Shown: in pieces, positions 40,880 through 50,510 of the stretch
Layout of the letters: each line of letters opens with the position of its first letter
Numbering within the stretch: position 1 is the stretch's first letter
From: Promethearchaeota archaeon
GTDB taxonomy: Archaea > Asgardarchaeota > Lokiarchaeia > Sigyniarchaeales > SOKP01
DNA length: 64,000 nucleotides
Direction of reading: 5' to 3'
Assembly: GCA_048941015.1 (NCBI GenBank)
Contig: JBHLNZ010000009.1
Span: forward strand, 1-64,000
Translations under genes and position numbers: made by a program
The notes under the pieces: model-generated
Told to the model about the DNA's origin: nothing
What the model saw: the letters and a program-made list of their open reading frames with translations, nothing else
The model's database searches: none

Positions 40880-42004
40880 CTAATTTTTTCTTATTGAATT
40901 TAATAAATCATGCGCATCAATAGATCTTATGCGCGGTAGTATAAATTTATCATAAATTTCTGAATCGAATTCAGACAATAGATGTACTTTTTGTGGTTCA
41001 ATTTCTCTTTGACCTATTCTACATAATTGATCCACTTTTATTAATCCATATGGATAACCTGGAAACGATAAATCATTTGAGTTTAAAGCAATATTAGAGA
41101 TTATTATCTCTTTTTCATGTTGGTTCAATTTATTAGATTGTTCCAGATATATATCAAACCTGAATGGTGAACGTGCATATTTATGTAGTTTTATAAAATA
41201 AACATCAGCTAAATTATCTGCTTTAGTTAATTTGTATATTGGGTGATAATACCATTCTTCTTCAGTAAATTTATTATTACCCACTATATCAATTAAAGAA
41301 ATTAAAGAGTCTCCATTTTTTGTGATTAATCTACAGGATTTTGAAAGTCCTGTTACATAAACATTTTTTGTTTGAGCAACAGAATACAAATCTTTCACTA
41401 TAAGAATTTCATTTTTATAGCCTGTTTGAAGGGATCCATCTCTAATAAAAATATCTCCACTCTCTAATTCATTATCAATAAATTTCATAGCGTAAGACCA
41501 TTCAGCAAATCTCATTGCTACACCTCCAAAAATCTCTATATTAGGCATAAATCGAAAACCCATCATCATTCGAACTTCATCAATAGGGATTATTATTTCT
41601 TCTTTAGGTAGAAAATCATTAAATTTTGATTCTCTAGGAAATAAGTGCGTATTATAAGCCATTTTTCCGTCAGATAATGGTTGAAGGATCGTTGCGGTAT
41701 AGAATTCTATTACTTCTGGAGTATTTGCAAGGTTGCATACCATATTATTTTCAAATTTTACTCCTGCAACTCTGCTTAAACTTATATTAAAATCTGCCCC
41801 GCTTAAAATCGAAGAAGAACCTCCATCTACAAACCCCAGTTTTCTGATATCATTACATTCCGGGATTCTAAAAAAGCGGTCTTCTGTAATATCAAAACTT
41901 ACCTCATCATCTCCCTCAGAATACGGAACATCGTCCTCTGCTAATTCCCTTTTACAGCTTTGAATAAAATCAATGCATTCCTTCAATGGAGACTTTTTTT
42001 CCAT
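40880..42004 (-). CDS. nurA: NurA nuclease
   Basis: FVDGG, RDGSL, GLSK, GYPYGLI.VD; first gene of the operon. Confidence 0.88.
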   Translation of the reverse strand: MEKKSPLKECIDFIQSCKRELAEDDVPYSEGDDEVSFDITEDRFFRIPECNDIRKLGFVDGGSSSILSGADFNISLSRVAGVKFENNMVCNLANTPEVIEFYTATILQPLSDGKMAYNTHLFPRESKFNDFLPKEEIIIPIDEVRMMMGFRFMPNIEIFGGVAMRFAEWSYAMKFIDNELESGDIFIRDGSLQTGYKNEILIVKDLYSVAQTKNVYVTGLSKSCRLITKNGDSLISLIDIVGNNKFTEEEWYYHPIYKLTKADNLADVYFIKLHKYARSPFRFDIYLEQSNKLNQHEKEIIISNIALNSNDLSFPGYPYGLIKVDQLCRIGQREIEPQKVHLLSEFDSEIYDKFILPRIRSIDAHDLLNSIRKN

Positions 42005-42265
42005 AAAAATATAACTTATCTGTTTTTGTATTATAATTTTATTATAATTTAATTTTTAACAGTTTAATTTTATTAAATCCTTATTATGTCTTTTTACCAT
42101 TTTAAAAGAATATAATCAATTAAGTAAATTGAGCTCGGAGTTTTTAAAAAAAAAAAGACTAATTTAGTTTTATGAATTTTAAAAAAATTCAGCAATGTAA
42201 AATCTTAAAAGTTGATTTATATAATTATCTTGCATACTAATTCCGTATAACAAGTTGAAAATTGG

Positions 42266-43201
42266 ATGAAATCTAAATCTAAAGAAAAAATAATGGTTTT
42301 ATTTATCATTTTTGCTTTTTCTTTTTTTATTAGCATCAGGCTGAATTTCAAAAGTGTTGAAATGAATACAGATATATCAGAAAATGAAACATTAAATATA
42401 TCAGACATTTCAGGAAAAATTCATATTAATAATAATTGGTCTGATGCTAAGATAGCAGGAAAATGCACAGGATATGGTAATTCTACTCATCCTTATGTTA
42501 TAGAAGATCTAATTATCGATGCAGAAAATATAGGAAATTGTATTTTAATTGAAAATACTAATGATTACTTTATAATTGAGAATTGTACTCTTTATAATTC
42601 AGATGATACATACATTATAACTCATGCTGGAATTACTTTAATTAATGTCACGAATGGTGTAATAACTAATAATACTCTTTATGATAACTTTGATGGAATT
42701 TATTTAAATTCAAGCACTAATGATATCATCATTGGAAATATAATTTATAATAGCATTAATGCCGATATTGAATTGTTATACTCTGGTGGCAATATAATAT
42801 ATCTTAACAGTTTTCAATCAACTCATATTGATATTTTTTATTTGTATTCAATTAATACTTACAGTTCGCAGAAAAAGCTAATTTATACCTATAATGGGAA
42901 GAATCACACTAATTTCCTGGGTAATTACTGGGAAGGATATAGCGGATTAGATGAGGATGACGATGGAATTGGAGACTCTCCCCATACTATTGTACCTTTT
43001 GAACCTGGACCCGGCAAATCTGTTTTAACGGACAATTACCCTTTAATAGAACCTCTATCAAACTATAAGATCATTGGATTTGCAGAAGAAAGTCCTGGAG
43101 CAATTCCTGGATACAATTCATTCTTATTTATTGGATTAATTAGTATTACTATAATATTTTTCCTTAAAAGTACTAAAAAAGGTCTAAAATTAAAATTTTA
43201 A
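42266..43201 (+). CDS. NosD/CASH surface protein with IPGY C-terminal anchor
   Basis: G.G...PYVIE.L.ID, GNYWEGY.G.D...DGIGD.P, DNYPL, AIPGY-TM-KK. Confidence 0.85.
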   Translation: MKSKSKEKIMVLFIIFAFSFFISIRLNFKSVEMNTDISENETLNISDISGKIHINNNWSDAKIAGKCTGYGNSTHPYVIEDLIIDAENIGNCILIENTNDYFIIENCTLYNSDDTYIITHAGITLINVTNGVITNNTLYDNFDGIYLNSSTNDIIIGNIIYNSINADIELLYSGGNIIYLNSFQSTHIDIFYLYSINTYSSQKKLIYTYNGKNHTNFLGNYWEGYSGLDEDDDGIGDSPHTIVPFEPGPGKSVLTDNYPLIEPLSNYKIIGFAEESPGAIPGYNSFLFIGLISITIIFFLKSTKKGLKLKF

Positions 43202-43257
43202 TTTTTTTTCTTTTTTTTTATTGAAAAGCTAACAAAAATAGAAATAAAGAATACAAA

Positions 43258-44115
43258 CTAAATTAAAATTTTATTAAATTCATTTCCTAATTTTTCTGGA
43301 AGCTCTCCTAAATAGGAATTTGGTTCGGCAAATAGTAGATAAAAATATGGTTCAAATAGACCGTTTAAACTCGGGCCTACATTCGATTTATAAATATAAA
43401 CCCAGATTTGCGTATTATCATATTCAGATTGGCGATAAATCCAATTTAAAGGAGAAATTTCGGGAATATTTCCAATATTTCTTAAAATTTCATGAATATT
43501 TTCTAATGAGTACTTTTTACCTATTACTGTTATAGGAGATAAATCAAATGAAGTTATACAAATTCCATTAAGCCCATAATTTTTCATCTCAAGTAAAAAA
43601 TCATTACCGACATGTTTAATTTTACTTTTATGCCTACGTAATTGAATTTTTGCTTTAGCATCAGTTAATATATCTATTATTTTTTCTTCTTCTGAAGGTA
43701 GGATTTCCATAGATGAGTCGAGAGGGATTTTTTTAGTAATAATTGAATTATAAATCAAATTTATTTTTTCATGAAAAGATTTATGAAATAAATAAGGTTC
43801 CGTTTGAGCAGTAATTAAAACATTACCACTATAGTTGGTTTTAATTCTATTACTATTTGTGTTTTCATTCGAATTGAATTCAAGAACATCTATTTTTTTA
43901 TCCATGCTATGTGCAAATTTAAATAATGCTGATACCAATCCTGCATGAAGTTCAAATGCATTGGCTTGATTAAAATTAAGATTCTGTTCGAGATTGCTTT
44001 TTGAGAAATCAAAAAATCTAAGATACAATTTAATTTTCTTTGGCGGGTCTTCAACAATTAAATGATAATAGGGAAATCCCTCACTTGATATAACAGAAAA
44101 TGTATATATTGTCAA
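43258..44115 (-). CDS. Hypothetical protein with longin/roadblock-like features
   Basis: FSVISSEGFPYY...ELHAGLVSALFKFA, plus a second GICITSFDLSPI unit. Confidence 0.6.
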   Translation of the reverse strand: MTIYTFSVISSEGFPYYHLIVEDPPKKIKLYLRFFDFSKSNLEQNLNFNQANAFELHAGLVSALFKFAHSMDKKIDVLEFNSNENTNSNRIKTNYSGNVLITAQTEPYLFHKSFHEKINLIYNSIITKKIPLDSSMEILPSEEEKIIDILTDAKAKIQLRRHKSKIKHVGNDFLLEMKNYGLNGICITSFDLSPITVIGKKYSLENIHEILRNIGNIPEISPLNWIYRQSEYDNTQIWVYIYKSNVGPSLNGLFEPYFYLLFAEPNSYLGELPEKLGNEFNKILI

Positions 44116-44282
44116 CTTTTAGCTTTTTCTCTATATAATTATCTTTTTAACCAACTTCAATATATTAGTATGATTTTATAAAGTTTTGCTGCGAAATAAT
44201 CAATCAAAGCAAATCTTAATGAGTTTTCCTTAATAAAACTGAAAATATATTAAATAAAAAAAGAATTTTTTATATGGTTTTT

Positions 44283-44465
44283 CTAATCATCTAGAAGGTC
44301 CTCTTTTCCTTCTTTAACTGCTTTTTTAAATCCTTTTTTAACACTTCCTTTTTTAACGCCTTTTTTTACACCTTTACCAATAGCTTCGCTTCCTGTAAGT
44401 TCCTCTGCGAGACCTCCAGCAACTTTAGCAAAACCTTTCTTGAATTTTTTACCAAGTCCACCCAT
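44283..44465 (-). CDS. Lys/Gly-rich 60-aa peptide with GxKK repeats
   Basis: GAGGATGA RBS; 16 Lys, 13 Gly, acidic tail. Confidence 0.7.
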   Translation of the reverse strand: MGGLGKKFKKGFAKVAGGLAEELTGSEAIGKGVKKGVKKGSVKKGFKKAVKEGKEDLLDD

Positions 44466-44627
44466 AATATATCATCCTCTTTATTATAATTACAAATTAA
44501 AATTATCTTATTCAATAGTAATAGAAGTTCTATTTATATTTCTCTTTTTAATTAAACAAAAAAGCTGTTTTATAATGTCCAATTCTCCTTCTATAAAACA
44601 TTAATTCTATAAGTTGATAAGAATTAA

Positions 44628-45584
44628 TTGGATTATTATTACAAAGAAGGAATAAATATGTCTCAAAGTAAAATTTTAGAGAAAATTTATAAAAAATTGG
44701 ATGAGAATGGTTATAAAGGGAAGATTATTTCTGCAAAACATATTCCAGACTTACAAAATGATATAAAAAAACATTATGAATTAAATCTATTTGACCCTGA
44801 ATTTTATAACGAATTTAAATCTTATTTTGAATTTAAACCAGATGTAGATTTACCTGAAATTAATTCTCTTTTTATTCTAGCAATCCCACAACCACAATAT
44901 GAGGCAATTTTCCACTGGAATAGTGAAAAAATTTCATTATTAATACCTCCTACCTATTTACATGGTCTAAGAATAATAAACCAAACTAAAGATCTTCTTA
45001 ATATAATTCTTAATCAAGAAGGTTATAAGGTGGAATATGGTTTTCTTCCTGCTAAAACCTTGGCAGTCCGTAGTGGTTTAGCTGAATATGGCAGAAATAA
45101 TATTACTTATGTGCCAGGAATGGGCAGTTTCCATCGTTTATTGGCATTTTATTCCGATTTTCCTGTTGAGTTTGATATTTGGCAAGAATTAAGGTTGATG
45201 GATCTATGCAAAGAATGTTCTGCTTGTATTCGTAGATGTCCAACAGGAGCGATCCCAAAAGATAGAATTCTCTTACATGCTGAACGATGTTTAACCTTCC
45301 ATAATGAACACCCAGGAAATATACCTTTTCCTGAATGGATCGATTCTTCATGGCACAATTGCTTAGTCGGATGTCTTCATTGCCAGAAAGTCTGTCCAGC
45401 AAATAAAAAAGTAATTAATTGGACAGAACCAGGGCCAATTTTTAATGAACAAGAGATAAAGCAAATATTAAATGGCAAAACGGTGGAAGAACTCCAGCCA
45501 GAAACCAAAACCAAAATAGAAGAATTTGATCTTATAAATTATTATGAAGTTCTCCCCAGAAATCTAAGTGTTTTTTTAAATTAA
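44628..45584 (+). CDS. QueG/reductive-dehalogenase-superfamily Fe-S protein
   Basis: SGLAEYGRNN...GMGSFHRL, CKECSACIRRCPTG, CLVGCLHCQKVCP. Confidence 0.85.
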   Translation: MDYYYKEGINMSQSKILEKIYKKLDENGYKGKIISAKHIPDLQNDIKKHYELNLFDPEFYNEFKSYFEFKPDVDLPEINSLFILAIPQPQYEAIFHWNSEKISLLIPPTYLHGLRIINQTKDLLNIILNQEGYKVEYGFLPAKTLAVRSGLAEYGRNNITYVPGMGSFHRLLAFYSDFPVEFDIWQELRLMDLCKECSACIRRCPTGAIPKDRILLHAERCLTFHNEHPGNIPFPEWIDSSWHNCLVGCLHCQKVCPANKKVINWTEPGPIFNEQEIKQILNGKTVEELQPETKTKIEEFDLINYYEVLPRNLSVFLN

Positions 45585-45679
45585 ATATTTAAAGTATTTT
45601 TTTATACTATCAAATCAACTGAAAGCAAATAATGTAAGTAGATTTAATATCAAAATAAAAATTAATTTAATTAAAAAAA

Positions 45680-46222
45680 ATGGCACGTTTAGAGAAATGG
45701 ATTGAGAAAGAGGGAGAAGATGTTCTTCGGGATATAGGAGTAAAAGAAAGCCAAAAAGTGTTAGATTTTGGATGTGGATCAGGAGTGTATTCTATAATTG
45801 CTTCAAAAATTGTTGGTAATTCTGGTAAGATTTATGCAATAGATTCTGATGAAAAAGGTCTGCTTGTTGATTTAATCGAAAAGGTAAAGAAAAAAAAAAT
45901 CAAGAATATTGAGATTATTAAGACTTCGGGTGAGATAGATTTTAGATTTCCTAATGAAAGTATTGACGTAATTTTTATGTATGATATTCTTCATTTATTA
46001 AACGATGATGAAATAGATAAGCTAATCAAAGAATCCAATCGCCTTCTTAAAAAAGGAGGGTTTATTTCTTACCATGTGACTCATGTTGGAGAAGTTAATT
46101 TAGAGGAGATTCATAATAAAGTGAAAAATAATGGTTTTTCAATTAATAGAAAATTCAAAAAACCTATGTTTCACTGGGCTTGGATTGAAGATTCTACTAT
46201 TTTTAATTATTATAAGGAATAA
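45680..46222 (+). CDS. Class I SAM-dependent methyltransferase
   Basis: VLDFGCGSG, ESIDVI, LKKGG. Confidence 0.9.
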   Translation: MARLEKWIEKEGEDVLRDIGVKESQKVLDFGCGSGVYSIIASKIVGNSGKIYAIDSDEKGLLVDLIEKVKKKKIKNIEIIKTSGEIDFRFPNESIDVIFMYDILHLLNDDEIDKLIKESNRLLKKGGFISYHVTHVGEVNLEEIHNKVKNNGFSINRKFKKPMFHWAWIEDSTIFNYYKE

Positions 46223-46303
46223 ATTGAAGCTTCACTTTATCTATGGTAATCTTTTAATTATTTGTTTAAAATATAAATAGTCTTCTTTCTTAATCTGTAA
46301 ATA

Positions 46304-46780
46304 ATGTATCCTACTGAAATTCCCTATAATTTTAAATCAAATAACCCAATCGAAGAATATGCGGAAGTAAAACCAAGTAAAGTTCATGGATTAGGCTTAT
46401 TTGCAAAGAAATTAATTCCAAAAGGTACGATATGGTGGCACGCTCGTCCGCAAGATGTATTAATAATAACTAAAGATCAATTTTTAAAATTAGATTCTTC
46501 TCATAAATCCGCTAAGATGGAAAATTTTATGAAAAGTCTCCTTACATATTCCTACTATGAAAGAGACCTTGATGCTCTTATTTTTTGCTTAGATGATTCG
46601 AGATTCGTAAATCATTCATTCGATGCCAATTCAGGAGCGTCTGAAGATGAAAATGGATTTTGTGCAGTAGCTCAAAAGGATATTAAACCTGGTGAAGAAA
46701 TTACAGAAGATTATTCAAGATATACCATTTGTTCATGGTTAAAAAAGTATAAAGAGTATTTTGATCCTTGTTGTTGGTAA
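46304..46780 (+). CDS. Stand-alone SET-domain protein
   Basis: HGLGLFA..I.KG, RFVNHS..AN, DI.PGEEITEDY. Confidence 0.88.
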   Translation: MYPTEIPYNFKSNNPIEEYAEVKPSKVHGLGLFAKKLIPKGTIWWHARPQDVLIITKDQFLKLDSSHKSAKMENFMKSLLTYSYYERDLDALIFCLDDSRFVNHSFDANSGASEDENGFCAVAQKDIKPGEEITEDYSRYTICSWLKKYKEYFDPCCW

Positions 46781-46878
46781 TAAGAAAAGAGATACATTTT
46801 TGTCACATTTTTTATATATTAGCTTTTCTTAGTCAACCTTACTAATAATTTTAAAAGAAATCCAAAAATCTTTAAAAG

Positions 46879-47274
46879 GTGGAATGTGTAAGAAAAATGG
46901 CTGAAATTTCAAAAGAAGCGAAAATTGTATTTTTAATAAATATTATTGTTTGCTTTATCTTTGCTTTTTTCTTTTTTGGAATCCCAGAAATTTATTATGA
47001 TTTAGTTGGCGGTGTTGGATTTTCTGCTGTTTGTTGGCGTCAAATAGGAGGAACAATTCTAATCCTTGGCTTATTTGGTATAATTGCTTTAATAAGAAAA
47101 GAATGGGAGCAAGTAAGAATATATTGGGAATTTGGAATAGCGTTCATAATACTCTTAATCGTTATAGATTTATGGTTTGGAATTGGAGTATATGGTGCAT
47201 TTGAATATACGTTGATAGTTGAGATAGTATTAGCTGTGATCAATATCTTTTTTTACATACGAGAAAGAAAATAG
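46879..47274 (+). CDS. 4-TM membrane protein (paralogue of 13069..13482)
   Basis: MAEISK..KIVFLINII...IPEI..WR..G..EW. Confidence 0.78.
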   Translation: MECVRKMAEISKEAKIVFLINIIVCFIFAFFFFGIPEIYYDLVGGVGFSAVCWRQIGGTILILGLFGIIALIRKEWEQVRIYWEFGIAFIILLIVIDLWFGIGVYGAFEYTLIVEIVLAVINIFFYIRERK

Positions 47275-47436
47275 AAAATTAAAATATAACTTTTTTTTAT
47301 TTTTGGTTTGAAAATAATTTCTGATTAGATTTTGGTTAGATAAGGTAAATTAAGCTATTTTCTAATAAACCATAATGAGCAGATTTAAACATTCAATTTT
47401 TTACTTAGATATAATTATAAATAGATTTTAAAAAAG

Positions 47437-47904
47437 GTGATAAATATTTATAAAAAGATTCTTTTAGGTATTGATAAATCTGATCACTCAACGAAAGCAG
47501 TTGAGAGAGCTCTGGAAATTCAAAAAAGAGATAATAGTGAAGTAGTTATATTTCATTCTGTTTTACACAAATTATCTGATATTAGACCAACATTTGCGGG
47601 TATAAATATAAGTGCCGGTGAATCATTAAATTATGAGATCCATGAAGATCGCGTAAAAGAAGCAAGTAAATTATTAGAAGATATAAAGAAAAAGTTTGAG
47701 GGTTCTTCTGCAAAAGTTGAAACACGATTGGCTTACGATATTGGACCACAGTATTATATTGAGGAAAAAGTAAGAGAAGAAGGTTATGATTTAGTAATTC
47801 TGGGTTGTCAAGGCGAGCACTCAAAACTGAAGAGGACAATTTTAGGAACTGTACCTGAATATGTATTGAATCACGTTGAATCAGATGTTTTAGTTGTTAA
47901 ATAA
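47437..47904 (+). CDS. Universal stress protein (probable true start ATT 47446)
   Basis: YKKILLGID.S.HS.KA, DLVILG..G.....ILGTV.EYVL....DVLVVK. Confidence 0.92.
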   Translation: MINIYKKILLGIDKSDHSTKAVERALEIQKRDNSEVVIFHSVLHKLSDIRPTFAGINISAGESLNYEIHEDRVKEASKLLEDIKKKFEGSSAKVETRLAYDIGPQYYIEEKVREEGYDLVILGCQGEHSKLKRTILGTVPEYVLNHVESDVLVVK

Positions 47905-47985
47905 TTTTTTCCCCGTTAATTTTTTTAGTTTAAATGATACTTTCTAATAAAATTTCTATATGATTAATAATTTTCATTAATAACA

Positions 47986-48705
47986 ATGGACACTGATTTA
48001 ATTTGGAACCAACAAAAATGGACTAAACCGGCGCGCTCTTTAACTGAAGGCCTTAAGAAATTCCCAGAGGATTCTAAAATCATATTAATCATTCGACATT
48101 CTCATAGAAACTCTATTAAAAGTTTAAATGATATGGGTGATCTAAAATTAACACCAATAGGGCATGAGATAGCTAAATTATTTGGGAGTAAATTACCGAC
48201 AAGCAGAGATGTAAAACTTTATTATAGTCCAATTGAACGCTGTGTAGAAACTGCACAAGATATTTTGATTGGATTTAATTCTATAAATGGAAACGGTAAT
48301 TTGGTGGAAGATTTAAATGTATTATATGATATAGGAGTTGATGCAGAATACTTTTTTGAAGAAGTTTCAAAATATCCTTTTGTATATTTTCTTTATAGAT
48401 GGATTGCAGATTTATATCCAGAAAGTATAGTTCAACCCTTTAATAAATTTTGCCGGGAGGCTGCAAATATTATTTGGAATAAATCCTCATTATCGAACGA
48501 AAATGATAATAATTCTCTTTATATTCACGTTTCTCATGATCTCATGATTTTAAGTTATCGTCTAGGATGGTTTGGATTATCTCCCAGTGATAGATGGCCT
48601 TCATTTCTAGATGGATTTGCTTTCTCAATTAATGAGGATCATATCTTATTATTAGATCAGGGTAAATTTAGTAAAATAGAAATTCCTTACTGGTGGAATC
48701 GTTGA
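47986..48705 (+). CDS. Histidine phosphatase superfamily protein
   Basis: IRHS, LT..G, SPIERCVETA, VSHD. Confidence 0.85.
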   Translation: MDTDLIWNQQKWTKPARSLTEGLKKFPEDSKIILIIRHSHRNSIKSLNDMGDLKLTPIGHEIAKLFGSKLPTSRDVKLYYSPIERCVETAQDILIGFNSINGNGNLVEDLNVLYDIGVDAEYFFEEVSKYPFVYFLYRWIADLYPESIVQPFNKFCREAANIIWNKSSLSNENDNNSLYIHVSHDLMILSYRLGWFGLSPSDRWPSFLDGFAFSINEDHILLLDQGKFSKIEIPYWWNR

Positions 48706-48771
48706 TATATCCTACTAATTTGAAGATATTGAAGTAAAAATCTTCTTATTATTATCGAAATTATAAAAAAA

Positions 48772-49251
48772 TTAAAACTCAAATCTACATTTAGTGCATA
48801 CTCTTTTCTTTGCATAAATTCTTCTTGGAATATAGCTAAGTATCCGATTTTTATCATCAACCTCTTTGATTGCAAATCCTGAGGCTCCACAATTCGGACA
48901 TTGTCTCTTTACAAATCCTATATCTGTACTATATGTCCCTGTAGGAGAGATTTTTGGAAGATTTATTTGAGGCGCTTGTGATGGTGGTGAAGGTTTGAAT
49001 TGTGGAGGAGGATGAAATGTAGGTTGAGAATTTGATGCAGAATAAGAATTTGATGTATACTGTTGTTGAGTATCTTGAATTCGAGCTTTTAATTGTTCAT
49101 TTTCATTTATAAGTTGATTAATATAACGATCTTTTTCCTCAAGAAGAGATTGATAATTTACTAATTGTCTTTGTAATTCATCTATTTGATTTGATAAATA
49201 TAATATTTTATTTTCCCAATCGGCTATGAGATCATCCATATTATTATACAT
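48772..49251 (-). CDS. Coiled coil + Pro-rich linker + zinc-ribbon protein
   Basis: Heptad N-terminus, PPPQFKPSPP, CPNCG...CTKC. Confidence 0.8.
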   Translation of the reverse strand: MYNNMDDLIADWENKILYLSNQIDELQRQLVNYQSLLEEKDRYINQLINENEQLKARIQDTQQQYTSNSYSASNSQPTFHPPPQFKPSPPSQAPQINLPKISPTGTYSTDIGFVKRQCPNCGASGFAIKEVDDKNRILSYIPRRIYAKKRVCTKCRFEF

Positions 49252-49476
49252 TAGATAAATAGACTCCTTATTTTAACTTTGGTGTGTTTTTTTACTATTG
49301 TACTTAGTACCGACATAAATATAAATATTATTAAAAACTATTAAAAAAATTAATAACCATAATCTTGAGAACAAACCTAAAAATTATCTTAAAGAAAAGA
49401 TAGATAAGCATGAATAGAGAATTTTTGTGCTTTAATGAATTTTAAACTTTAATGATATAAAAAAATAGAACCAAAC

Positions 49477-50505
49477 ATGTCAAGGCTAAAAAACTTTTTT
49501 AGGCCATTTTATTCCAAAACCGCTCCAATTCTAAATGAAGTTGGAACTGAAAAACCCAATAGCATAGCTTCAATGGAATTTGTAAAGTTGGGAGAAATAG
49601 ATCAGTGGATTCTCATTCGTAGTCATAATCTTGATAATCCATTATTATTATTATTGCATGGTGGACCTGGTTCAGCAGACTCCCCATTAGCTTATAAATT
49701 TCAGAGTGAACTTGAAGAACATTTTATTGTTGTTAATTATGATCAAAGAGGGGCAGGTAAATCCTATTCTAAAAAGATTCCAAAAGAATCGATGAAAATT
49801 GAACAATTTGTATCTGATACATATAATTTAATTATACTACTTAAAAAAAGATTTAATAAAGAGAAAATTTATCTAGTTGGCCACTCCTGGGGAAGTATGT
49901 TAGGCACTCTTCTTGTACTACGTTATCCTGAGCTTTTTTATGCATATATTGGAGTTGGACAAGTAGTGAATCTTATCGATAATGAAATTTTTTCCTTCCA
50001 ATTCACCCTTAAGGAAGCTAAAAAAAGAGATAATAAGAAAGCCATTAAGCAACTTGAAAAGATAAGACCTTATTCAGGCGAAAAATTAGCTCACTTAAGA
50101 ATTCAGAGGAAATGGTTAAAGAAATTTGGAGGTGTTCTTCACAATGAAACAAGTATGTGGCCATTACTTAAAATTGGCATGTGTTCTCCCGAATACAATT
50201 TTGCTGATTTTATTAGATATATTAGAGGTACACGTTTTTCTATTAAAAATCTTTGGAATGATTTATTCGAATTAGACTTCTTTAAAGAAATCAAGGAATG
50301 TAAGGTACCTATATACTTCTGTATTGGCCGATATGATTATAATGCTCCATTTGAGTTATCGGAACGATTCTTTAAGCAATTAAAGGCCCCTATAAAAAAA
50401 TTTATATGGTTCGAGAATTCAGCTCATTGCCCTAATTTTGAAGAACCTAAGAAGTTCAAGAACTTTTTAATCAATGAAATGCTTCCAGAAACTTATAATG
50501 AATAA
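49477..50505 (+). CDS. Alpha/beta hydrolase (proline iminopeptidase-like)
   Basis: HGGPG, DQRGAG.S, GHSWG, SAH. Confidence 0.9.
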   Translation: MSRLKNFFRPFYSKTAPILNEVGTEKPNSIASMEFVKLGEIDQWILIRSHNLDNPLLLLLHGGPGSADSPLAYKFQSELEEHFIVVNYDQRGAGKSYSKKIPKESMKIEQFVSDTYNLIILLKKRFNKEKIYLVGHSWGSMLGTLLVLRYPELFYAYIGVGQVVNLIDNEIFSFQFTLKEAKKRDNKKAIKQLEKIRPYSGEKLAHLRIQRKWLKKFGGVLHNETSMWPLLKIGMCSPEYNFADFIRYIRGTRFSIKNLWNDLFELDFFKEIKECKVPIYFCIGRYDYNAPFELSERFFKQLKAPIKKFIWFENSAHCPNFEEPKKFKNFLINEMLPETYNE

Positions 50506-50510
50506 TATAT

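Noticed and set aside
35849-42004. nurA-herA-mre11-rad50 as a novel defence system
   Set aside because: This is the well-known archaeal DNA end-resection operon with canonical motifs.
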